Shown here piece by piece: positions 28,201 through 39,532 of a stretch of DNA of 64,000 bases. The notes under the pieces were generated by a model. That model was not told where the DNA came from. It worked only from the letters and a program-made list of their open reading frames with translations, and ran no database searches. Origin of the DNA: Paragordius varius (taxonomy: Eukaryota > Animalia > Nematomorpha); contig OZ176051.1 of assembly GCA_964247055.1 (NCBI GenBank), positions 6,758,001 through 6,822,000 on the forward strand, read 5' to 3'. Position 1 is the first letter of the stretch. The number at the start of each line of letters is the position of its first letter. Position numbers and translations under genes: made by a program.

Positions 28201-31200
28201 TGAATAATGAAGGAAATAAAAATAAATATATTAAAAAGTTTAATTTTCGCTTAATGGCATCATCAGGAGTTAAAAAAAATTAAATAAGATTTAACAAAGA
28301 AATAAATTAAATGAAATTAAATGTGTGACCAATCAATAATTATAAAATTTTATCATTGTTGGACCTTATTTTAAGTTTTTTCTTTTAACAACTCCTGATG
28401 ATGCCATTGGGCGAAAATTTGAGTCTGTGATAAATTTATTTTTATTTCCTTCATTATTCACGACGTTAATACGGATCTTATTTAACAACCGTTCGTCGTC
28501 ACCCACACAATTTTTTTTAAAAAAGAATATTTTTTAAGAAAAACATATGTTTTAACAAATTTTTTCATATACGATAAAAGATTATATTTGTGATATATGA
28601 AATTAGTTTGTTACCAATTCATATCTCTATTTCCCGATTCGCAATCATAAATAATATATTATATAATGTATTTCAATAATATACCTTCAACCATTGTCTT
28701 GATATCTATATAATTTCAATAAAAAAAATTTTCATGTACCATTTATATGGTTTCCTAAGCCATCCATGAAATCTTTCAATTTAAATAATAATATTCACCA
28801 ATGTGGCCGATTGCTATAAAATAAATTATAGAATATTTTACATTAATGCAAGCTTAAATTAAAATTTAAGCCCGAGTGACCAAATTTAGAATTGATATTG
28901 TGCGAGGCATACTACCAAAAAATAATTGTAAAAAAATTCGAAGCTTTTAGTGGTCAATTTTATAAATAAAAAACGTCAACATGTATGACCCAGAACCATA
29001 ATTTAAATATTTTATCAAAAATATTTTTAGCAATGGCCCAACTTTCGAAATGTTCTTTTTGATACAAAAAATTCTTTTTAAAAAAGGAAAATCGTAAATT
29101 CTTGTCTCCAGCCCTCTGAATCCCATAGTTTTTCTCTTTTATTATAAATAGTCAATACAACAGCCAAATAAATGTATATTATGGTTGAAAAATATATTTT
29201 TGCAAAGTTTCCACCCGAATCTAAAAAAATTAAATTCTTAATTTTATCTAGAGATAATATTAATGATTTTCCAAACAGTAGTTGCTTACTGCTTTAGTGC
29301 TTGAGTTAAAAACTGCCCCAAAATGAAATCGCGTATAAAATTAAAATGTTATAGTGTAATAATTTTAATTCAAAAAATAAATGTATAATTGGGAAGATTT
29401 TTTTTGATAGACCTAAACAAGCAAATATTAGTTTGAGCTGAGAGTAATCCGATTTTTTTAATTACATAAACTTTAAAAAGAAACTTTAATTGTGGCATTA
29501 ATTTACTCGTTTTATGTATATATTTTAACCCTGGGACAAAAACACCCATGACAAAAATATGAAACGAGCTAAATCATTTTATTACAATTATATTTATAAA
29601 ATACCTAAATTTCATAATAATTATTATATTTGAGAAATTAAATAATTTAAAAAAATTTTAAAATATATAGTCAAATTATATTGAAGTTGCGCTTGATTTA
29701 GGGTTGAAATTCAATTTTTCGATTAAACTTGACCAGAAAAATAAAATATGAGTAAGTTGAATTTATGGAAAATATTAAACGAAAGTTAAATCATTCAGCT
29801 GTTTTTATGACTCGAATGGGTAATACTTTGAAAAATAAATTTAATAACTCGGGTTTTTTTGACATTTAATAAAGCGTACAAAACGAAAAAAAATCAGATT
29901 TTAAAATATTAAAATTCCATAAATATTTATTAAAATGTATATGAGAATGTAAAAGGAAAAATCTAGCTGGAGTGTTTCGTGTGTAAATAAGCTTAGTTTT
30001 TCCATTCTGCCAACATAATTATTGGCAATACAATGAATTACAAGCCTAGGTACCTGAGATGGAAATATATATATCTATATATATATATGCTATTTTAAAA
30101 TAACATAGCAAAATTTTATATTCTCAAGCTTTTTTTTACAAAATGATACATTTCGCTCAAGTTCTTAGAGGGTTAAGCTTTAAAATACAAAAAGTTAAGT
30201 AGTTAGTCACTAATAAACACTAGTTCATTTTTTTCACTCTTTTTTTGATGGAGATACTTTTATTGAAATTTTAAATAAAATCATATTATTTCAGGATGAT
30301 TTCCTTTAGATGTAAAAAATATTAAGTTTTTTGAACAAGCGTGGGTTATATGCACTTAATATTTTCCACTGCAAAACATCCAATTTGGTTATAAAATATT
30401 TTAAAACCACTTCATTCATTATGTCATTTTATTTTCTTGATATCCAACATAATTCTAAAATAAGCTTGAGAGCTGTTCAGATTTTATTATGCCAATAAAA
30501 AATTATAAAACCCATATTTTGAAGGTACATTACATATATCGTATAAAAACCTTTTTAGTAAAAATATGATAATTTTCCCAGCTTACCGTCGTAAATGGAT
30601 TCAATTCTGTAAACTCCATTAATTTCTAGGACTAACAATAATTAAAATTATAATTTATTTATTATAAAGTTATATATTAAGTATTTTTCGACTTCGAACC
30701 TGAACCATTTTTAATTTTTGGTTTATTTTTTGACCGCCTTGGTTTTATTTTGTTGTGAAAACCAAATCGGTTCGGTTTCAACCTTACAAAAAACTCATGG
30801 TCCCGGTTCCGTTTTTCCTGGCCTTGTTTGAAGTCGTCCATTTATTTGTATTTAAAGAGATACATGTTTCGAATCGTTCAACAGCTAAATTATTTTATGT
30901 GGATTATTTTTTTATATCAATGATACCCCATTCTAATGATATTAAACCTGTCGTAATTTTAAATATAATTAATGAATGATACTATCTCGCAAAGCCACAG
31001 ATGCTACAAATTATTCTAATTTTTACAATGAATTATTTCCTCCACCACTAGCAAAATTATAATCATGTTACTTGATGATAAATGTTCAATAGCTAAATAA
31101 ATAATAAAATATATACATTGTCGTTAAATTAAACCATAGAATTAAAAATACAAATAATTATAATCTTTTTATCCGAAATGGTACAGGGCTCAAACACCAT

Positions 31201-34200
31201 GAAGAATCTTGGATATTAAAGCTAAAAAGCCTATTTAACATAAAGTAATTTTTTAAATGAATTTTAAGTGTTTTTGTGGTTTAGATAATTTTGGTATGTT
31301 AATAGAAAATTTCTTCAAAATATGAAACAATGAATAATCGTGTGATTCATATCATTAAATACTATATATTTAACCGCACCTGTACAGCAAAGTCAAACAT
31401 TTTAGTTTGATGTGATTTTGAATTAACCAAATATAATTTTAAATTTATAATAAATCTTTAAAAATTGGCTAATAGTCCAAAAGATATATAACTAATTCAC
31501 ACATATTAATACACAAAATAATAAAATATTTCATGGAATAGGAAATTAGAAAATAGTACTAGACTAGTTTCGAATTCTCAAATAGGAATCCACTATAAAA
31601 CTGATTATATGAGTGTGTGCAAAATCTGTTATACAACTATAAAATTATTTAAAATACTTTAAAAATATTATATAAGGGAGTAGCAATGGTTTGTAAGTTA
31701 GAAAATTAATTAATATTTACTATATGATGGTGCCAAAATTATGTTAGCAAACCATGCAAGATCTCTTATGTAAATCTTATAGTTGTATATCAGATGTAGC
31801 CATTCATATAATCAGTTTGATAATGATCCTTTTTAAGAATTCGAAACTAGTCTCTGACATTTGATAAATTGTCAATTCCAATAAATATTTTATTATTTTA
31901 TACCTTTCGCAAATAAAATTTATTAATTAGAAGTTTTTAATTTATTTTCCTTTGATTTGTAGTACCTTATTAATTTTATATAACCAGGCATAAAAAATAT
32001 CTATTTAAAAATATTACCCAATGAGTTGATTAAATTATATTCTAAATTATATCGATTCGAAATACCTCGGGAACTCATTGATGAAATGGATTCATCTAAA
32101 AAAGGGGATATCAATTTGTAAAACGTTCTAATATTAAAAAAATGCAAAAATGAGTTTGCCTCCAAATTAATATGTCGCTATATTTCTTATATTAGTTCAT
32201 TATTCTATTTGTTTATAGTTGTAATTCATCATAAATTAAACGTTATTTTATTCTAGTAAATAAATGATTTTTCCAATATTTAGAATTGGATCAAATTCAA
32301 ACCTAAAAGAAGTTAATCATATTAAGGGTTTTATTCGCATATTTGTTAATGAAGTTGGTTTTGTAAAATTTAATCGGGATTAAAATAGATAGAGCCACGT
32401 TCTACATTATTATTGATAGATTAATACTGTAATAATCATATCAATAGTAGGTTAGCTAAATTAATATTTAACGAAACACAGAAACGCATATTAGCACTTA
32501 TTAATAAAATGTGATTATTAGTTTTCTATTTATATCTTCAATTCTTTGACTTATCAAAACTTTAATACGCGATCGGTTAAATATTAAACCTTTAAAAATA
32601 AATTTAATAAATGAATTTTTTTGCGATTTCTTCATAACATCATTTTAAATTATTTTTATAATTATAACCAGCATTTTCCATTTTTATAAATATATAGATT
32701 ACCAGAGTTTGGGGATATAGGTCTGTCAGCTATACAAATGAATTAATTTGTATTTTTAATATTTTAGCTTATAAACATAAAACAATATATATATTAAACA
32801 AAGATGAGACAAGATGTTGTCGAATTGTCCTTTAAGTTTAAAATAAATTTAAAAATAATCATAGGTGACTCTAACATATTTATTGATTTAACCAAGTGGA
32901 CCCTCAAATAAAATATTTTTTAAATACTACAAAAAAATTTTTAATTATTAAATAAATATGTAAAAAGAGGTGTGATATAAGCGTCAGGAGGTCTTTTTTG
33001 CAAAATTATTAATTCCTAATTAAACCTTCTTAATTGGGAATATTAACTAATAAATTTAAACATCATAAATTAAAAATTAAATCAATTAAAACGTAAAAAT
33101 ATAAAGATAAATATTTTTTAAAAGGAAACCATGCTTTTTAATCTTTTATTTTTCCAATATTTGTAAGAATAAATGATTATGTTAACAATATTATCTTTCA
33201 TATTTAAAGCATTAAAGTCAAATTTAATAAGTAGAGCTGTGTTTTGGGAAAAATATTTTTCATATATTTATTTTTCCCTATGATTTCTTTTTTATTGTAT
33301 CTTAGAAATCTATGGGCCAGGATGTGACTGTTAAATGATTATTTGATATTGTTTTAGTTAACACCATTTATAAGCTTAGCCCCAAAGTATCGAAAAAATT
33401 ACCATTTGGAATGTTATTCGGTGAATTTGCTGGAGCTAAATGATAATAAACACACATTGTACGTAATCAAGATATTCAATTAAAAATTATCTGAGAGAAA
33501 AATGTATCAGGATATCAATAGTTAGAGCTTATTACTAAAATGCCAGTACAATGTATATATAAGTTTAGGGGTGTCTAACATGCAGTAGGCCTATATTACA
33601 GTCTCATACCTTGGGCAAAAAAATACAATAAAAAAATTATTTTTGTGGACTTTATTTTTTGAAAAAAATGGCATTTTACGCGGGTAGCGGGTAAAAAGAG
33701 GGCCTAAATCAAAAAAGTGAGTCGACTATGTTCGGCGCGATCAAAAATAAGTAAACAAAAATCATATTTGAAATTGAATGGTCCAACACGTTCTCCGGAA
33801 AATTGTTGCAACCTGTTTTTTACACGGGGTAGGCCCGAACTGGGGGCCTAATTACAAAAAGGGCGAAGCTATTGTCGGACATTTATTAATGATTATATTT
33901 TTTCGATTGGATTTGAATGGGTTCACCGGTTTTCGGGAAACAGATGACAAAGTTACATAAGGAATCAGTTTTTAGCGGGTAGTCCTTACCCAGCAGCTAT
34001 CATCTAAGAAACGGTGGACTAAAATTTTTGCCCTTTTAACAGGGAATACGTGGAATCCATATTGAATTTTTACGATTCGATTAAAAAAATATTTTTGTGG
34101 ACTTTGTTTTTTGAAAAAGGTGGCATTTTACGGGGGGAGCGGGTAAAAAGAGGGCCTAAGTTAAAAAAGCGAGACGACTATGTTCGCAATCAAAAATAAC

Positions 34201-37200
34201 TAAATAAAAATCATATTTGAAATTAAATGGTCCAACACGTTCTCTGGAAATTGTCTCAAAGACACGATTTTTGTGGACTTCTATTTTCAAAAAACCCATT
34301 TTTCACACGGGGTGGGCCTGAACTGGGGGCCTATTTCAAAAAAGGGCGAAGCTATTGTCGGGGCATTTATGAATGATTATATTTTTTCGAAGTTTGGATT
34401 TGAATGGGTCTACCGTTTTTCCTGTACCAGATCACAAAGCCAGCATTTTCCATTTTTATAAATATATAGATTATCTTTTCTTATAAATTTATATATAATA
34501 AAAACAAAGTGATAAAAGTTCGTTCAACAAGGCTCATACGGCCCATGGGCTGCATGTTAGTTAAATTTGATCTATGGCACACATTATGAAATTCAAATTT
34601 ACTTGAAGTAAAATAATAAATAAAATTACCTTCCGGGACATCTTCAGGTGAATCCACTGGTGGAACTAAGAATATAACGAATTCAAATATATATAAATAA
34701 TACTATAAAGAATATTTCATAAGATTAGAAGACTAATAAAACAAATTTTGGTGAATATAGCTAATTTTATATGAATCTTCTTATAAAGTACACTACATCT
34801 GGGGGCATAAAAATATTATATAGCTTTATGAATTATTTAAGATTTCTTATAATTATATTATTTTTGGACTCGTAATTCGGAAACAGTATTACATATCCTA
34901 TGCTAAATTAAACTTTTTCTAAATTTTTGGTAGATAAAACTAATTATAAATACAGTATGGTTAAGAATACATTGCTAGAAAGTTATTATTGCCAAATAGC
35001 ATATACAACAAAGTATTGGCTTATAGTTATATTTTCACTTTTTATTATTATCAGCCAATAATAATTCACTGTTGCATATACTATTTGGAGTTAATAAATA
35101 ACTTTCTAACAATATATACTTACTCATACTGTGTATATATGTTATACCGAGTATTTGTAACTAAAATAAACCAAGTTGTACGATGGATACTGATACATTA
35201 ATAATTTATTTTATTTAGATCTAATTTTTTAAATACCTACAAATAAATGGATTTGATCAAATATTATCAGCTCAGACATCAAAAATAATATATGTCATCT
35301 AACCAATTAAATTTAGGGATTGTATTAACGGCAGAGGCCGGATCTTTCGACGCCACGCCCTTTACTTGTTTACCAATTTAATAAATATAAAAAAATTATT
35401 TTTTGAAACCAAAAGACGATTCAAAACGATGTAAAATATCTAAAATCATAATCAAACCTTTTAGGGAGTTCGAAAGGCAGATAATAAACGACCGTTAAGA
35501 TAAAATACATCAAGTCGTTAGGAAAAGCTATGATTTTATATATGCTTTTATATTAGCGCGAATAAAATTGAATTGGAGTTAAAAAATATCAGCGCATAAA
35601 TCTAAAATTATTAACCTGAATCTCCGTTGCTCGCTTGATTCAGAACTTTTTTTAAACATATAATCTTACTAGAATCTCGATCCGATGAAGAAAATGAAGA
35701 TAGAGAATCTAATAATAAAGTAAATATAATTTTACCAGTTGGCTCGTTGGAATTACTAGGGTTGGCCTCTAGGGAATAAATTCATAACAAAGAACAAGTA
35801 CCAACCTTCAGGAGGATTTGGATTTGGGCTTTCTATAAAGGATGTTTCCATCGATATGGTTAAGTTAATAATAAATTTAAAATAATCTAAAAACAATTAC
35901 GAATTTCTACATATTTATGACTTAAATTATTTATATTTTACAATAAATACGAGCCGCATAAAAATTTGTCTAGCGAGCCAATCTAATTATAACAACTATT
36001 AAAGTTACAGGGCTGGTAGAAAATTTGTAATCAAAATCTACTGAATACTTTCTTACATTTACATTTTCATGGATATTTTTGATTTGTAATAAAAAGCTGT
36101 TGCAATTTTTTAATGGTTATTAGCACTTTTTTGTTTTTAAGAATTACAAGAGCATCCCCATTTTTATGATTTAAAAATATTCTTTTTTTTCATTTTATCG
36201 TTTTATTTCAAATCCTATCTGATTGATTAATTTTTACCAGATTCTTGCTGTCCCAAATTAATGATTTCTGAAGCTGCCTGGACGGTTTCCAAACCTGTCG
36301 AGGTGCCTTCTGGTGCTAAAATCCCTAAAAGTTAATGTTCTATAAGGATATGAAATTAAAGAGTTGCTTGCACATGAAAACATACCCAGAGTGGCTAAAA
36401 ACACTTTAAATTTTATATACCCACACCAGCGATTCCAGCTAAATAAATATTAAAAATATATATATCTTATCGATAAAATTCATATTTAATTTTAATAGAG
36501 CAAATATGAAAAAAATATAACACATAACAACCTCAAAGTCAATTACTCAAAATAAAAATACACATATACCTGATAATCCAATAGCTAAAATATTAATTAA
36601 ATATTTTATATATTGATTTTAGTATTTTTATATCAAAAGATTATTTTTTTCCAATTTGGCACTGGCATATTATTACTTATTTATGTAAAATTGACTTTTA
36701 ACATACTATGTAATCAAATCCAAAAATTCTTTCAAATTGGGCTTATAGGGGTAATACATAAACTTTTATTAACCAAGCGTCGCTCTAATTTAAACAAACA
36801 AGTTTTTATGCAATATGGAATAATATTAATTGGTTAAAACTAAAAAAACTTTTGTAGGATATGTACAAAATTATCATATAGTTAAAAAGCACACCATTAC
36901 CTTTTGGTGTAGTTTTATGTCCCAGAGGGGTTTGAAATTTAAATATCAAATGTATTTAAGGTTTTAAGCCGAATTTAAATATGCTTTCTTAAGCCTTTTA
37001 GGCGCATCAAAAAAAGTTTCATCTCAAACATTGCCGTTAATTTCTATAATATTAAATCGCTAATGCAAGGCAAATAAATGTAAATTATGCTTATGTAAAA
37101 TTAACTTTAACAAGCGTTTTATATATTTTTATCAGCTGTTCGTTTCAATCGTGTTTTGAGGCTGTCCCGTTTTCAGACTCAAAACAGTAAAAAAAATAAA

Positions 37201-37776
37201 CTGGGCAAGATTTTAACATAAATAATAATAAATGCGGAATCGACAGAGTAGGGTTTTTACGCTCCCCTTTTTTGCTATATCTGATAATCCTTTTAGAGAT
37301 TTCGACTGTCCTGTAATACTATTTTTTTGCTATTCCAATAAATTTATTTTAAATGAGAACAATGTTTTAATTTATTTAATATAATTTTCAAAACTGTAGT
37401 ATATTTACAAAATTGAGCATAGGATATAATTCCAAAACAACATGTGAAAAGGTCATGAAGTGTTAAAATCTTTTTTATAATAAATTTATTGCAAAAAAAG
37501 GTAATATCCATTTTTACATATATGTTAAGTTATAGTTATGCCCAGAACCAAAACGTGCGAAATATTGAAAATATTATATATATCAAACACAATTTATGTA
37601 ATATATTTTTAAGTAAATACTTTTAGCTAAAGATCGATAGTTAACAGACATGTGTTGTAGATATTTTGTTGCATTTTTTGTTTTGTTTTGGATAGCAACT
37701 AAAACCAATTCTTGATTCTGATTAACATTAAATAGTATTAAAAATTAAAATTATGAGACTTAACAATAATCTGGTA

Positions 37777-37815
<39 letters not shown>

Positions 37816-38541
37816 CAAATGTTCACAATTTTAGGTCATTTAAATTTTTATTTATGTTAGAATATAATATATAATACAAAATCTTTAACTGAAAAACTCG
37901 CTTGTTTTTATAAATATATGTCTTTTATGATGCCAATGGCAATATGGATCCGAATACCTTTTTGTTATTTAAAAAAGCAACTCTGTTAATTTCCAGTACA
38001 TATCCCATATATACTTTCCATAACCGTCTTTTTTAAAAGAGATTACCATTTTACTGAAAATTAAAAATTATCTTTACTCATATATATAAAAGCCTTTTAA
38101 AAAGCACTAACTTGTGTATTGTCTATACAAATATTAGTGATTAATTCAAATACTTTTCGTCAAGACTCTAAATAAAAATATTAATGGAATTTTTTGGCCC
38201 TCTAGTATTTTAGGAGTCATGTATACTCGGAATTGTTTTGCTATAATTTTCAACTGTAACATTTACATATATTTTTATACAGGCTTCTTTGGCAACTATA
38301 AATGTACAGATTAAAAATAAATACTTTGTTGGTGCGATTTACTAGCAATGTTTGCCATATTTTTGGACACTAAGATATATAGTAAATATAAAATCAATCA
38401 TTAAGATTTTTTTAAAATATTATTTATGAGCAATCATATATGAATTAGGCCTTTTTTCTAATGATAAATAAATATACCCATAAATGGAATTAGAACAACA
38501 ATCCACACTAATGTAGTTTTGATAACATTGTTCGTTAACAT
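25213..38541 (-). CDS. Micro-exon gene 1 (orphan; signal peptide, hydrophobic segment, Ser/Pro/acidic region, heptad-rich C-terminal half); best model 36 exons, about 392 aa
   Basis: Hand-built open chain: 38541-38478 (MLTNNVIKTTLVWICVLIPFM), 38369-38325, 38295-38281, 38240-38227, 38167-38154, 38122-38112, 37698-37621, 37310-37245, 36584-36570, 36438-36421, 36394-36386, 36324-36238, 35832-35806, 35768-35736, 35708-35670, 35645-35616, 35189-35172, 34665-34630, 33435-33403, 32729-32703, 32095-32066, 32041-32018, 31221-31198, 31047-31027, 31003-30983, 30947-30927, 30884-30864, 30631-30587, 29568-29530, 28813-28799, 28772-28740, 28705-28685, 28051-28031, 27535-27515, 25478-25404, 25280-25213 (TGA). 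31 of 34 internal exons are symmetric phase 1. The two last exons are the least certain, and it could be two genes. Confidence 0.65.
28181..28480. mobile_element. About 300-bp hairpin MITE
   Basis: Long inverted arms: gtcgtgaataatgaaggaaataaaaataaa...aatggcatcatcaggagtt versus aactcctgatgatgccatt...tttatttttatttccttcattattcacgac. Confidence 0.75.
31561..31853. repeat. Perfect 18-bp inverted repeat pair (possible MITE ends)
   Basis: agactagtttcgaattct at 31561-31578 and agaattcgaaactagtct at 31836-31853. Confidence 0.6.
33566..34560. mobile_element. Degenerate non-autonomous hAT-like element with an internal tandem duplication (period about 450 bp)
   Basis: Inverted ctaacatgcag / ctgcatgttag near the ends and a Charlie-like left terminus taggggtgtctaac; GC-richer blocks 33641-33935 and 34093-34425 are diverged direct copies. 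Confidence 0.55.
37779..37810. repeat. (TA)n microsatellite (others near 1928, 14088, 23727, 49250 and 56400)
   Basis: Directly visible TA run. Confidence 0.9.
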
Positions 38542-39532
38542 TATGATGTTTGTTAAATACAAAATTATTTGTAATTGTTGAACTGGTACTACGATATAAA
38601 CAAGGCTATCCGAGGATGAAATTTTTGATGAACCTTTTAATTTGATTGCAATTTAATTTTTACATTATTAGATAATATACCAGATTGGTAATAATTTACG
38701 AAGAAAATGGAAAATCAGAATACGTATCTTATAGACTGCGCTATATATTTACGATTTCGCATCACGAAAAACACATTTAGGCCCTCAGTAGTGGTAAATC
38801 GAGAAACCGTAAAACAATAATATTTATTGAAAAATACAAAAACCACACCTAGAGTTAATTTTCAGTTTATTTTCAAAATTTTCAGTTTAATTTTTAGAAA
38901 CTCCATTAAATTTAATTTAAATTCGTATAACCAACTGCATTTATACCAAAATTGCAAAGTTGGATATATATACGAAATCGATATGTGAAAACCTTAAGTC
39001 AAATAGTTGTGTCGTACTGATGAATGCTAACAAGCACGAAACTAGTCTGCGATTTCTATTGACGAAGGCTTTCACATATCGTTTATAATTTCTATTTATA
39101 CTTTCATTTAATTACCATTTACGTTATCTTACGGATTTTAACAACTGTTTTTAAACATAATCAATCCGTCATTTACCATTTACCATTAAACTATATAAAG
39201 TTTGCGATGTTTATATACTTTTTGTGAATATAATATTTACATGTTAAACCAAGGTAAAATAACGTGTGCAGGTTAAATACAAAATTGATACAATAATTTA
39301 AATCAAATATAAAAGGTCATCAAAAATGTATTCAAGTCTATATTAATTTGTCTAGTCTATTAGCTAATTTGATGTATTCAAATCTATCAGTGTTATATAA
39401 TCAAGCTTATATTATATATATAATATATATAATGTAAAAGATTTACATTCGACTTACCAAAATATTAACCCTTTTAAGCTTGAGAGATGGTATCGAAATG
39501 AAAAAAATATTATCGTTTATTATTTTTTAAAT

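Noticed and set aside
33778-34461. Two similar ORFs (GVGPNWGP / GVGLNWGP) suggesting a peptide repeat family
   Set aside because: They are translations of the tandem-duplicated interior of a non-autonomous element, and frames are not conserved between copies
37898-38053. Additional candidate exons of 7, 13 and 60 nt in micro-exon gene 1
   Set aside because: Could not be joined in frame to the next well-supported exon, so left out of the model
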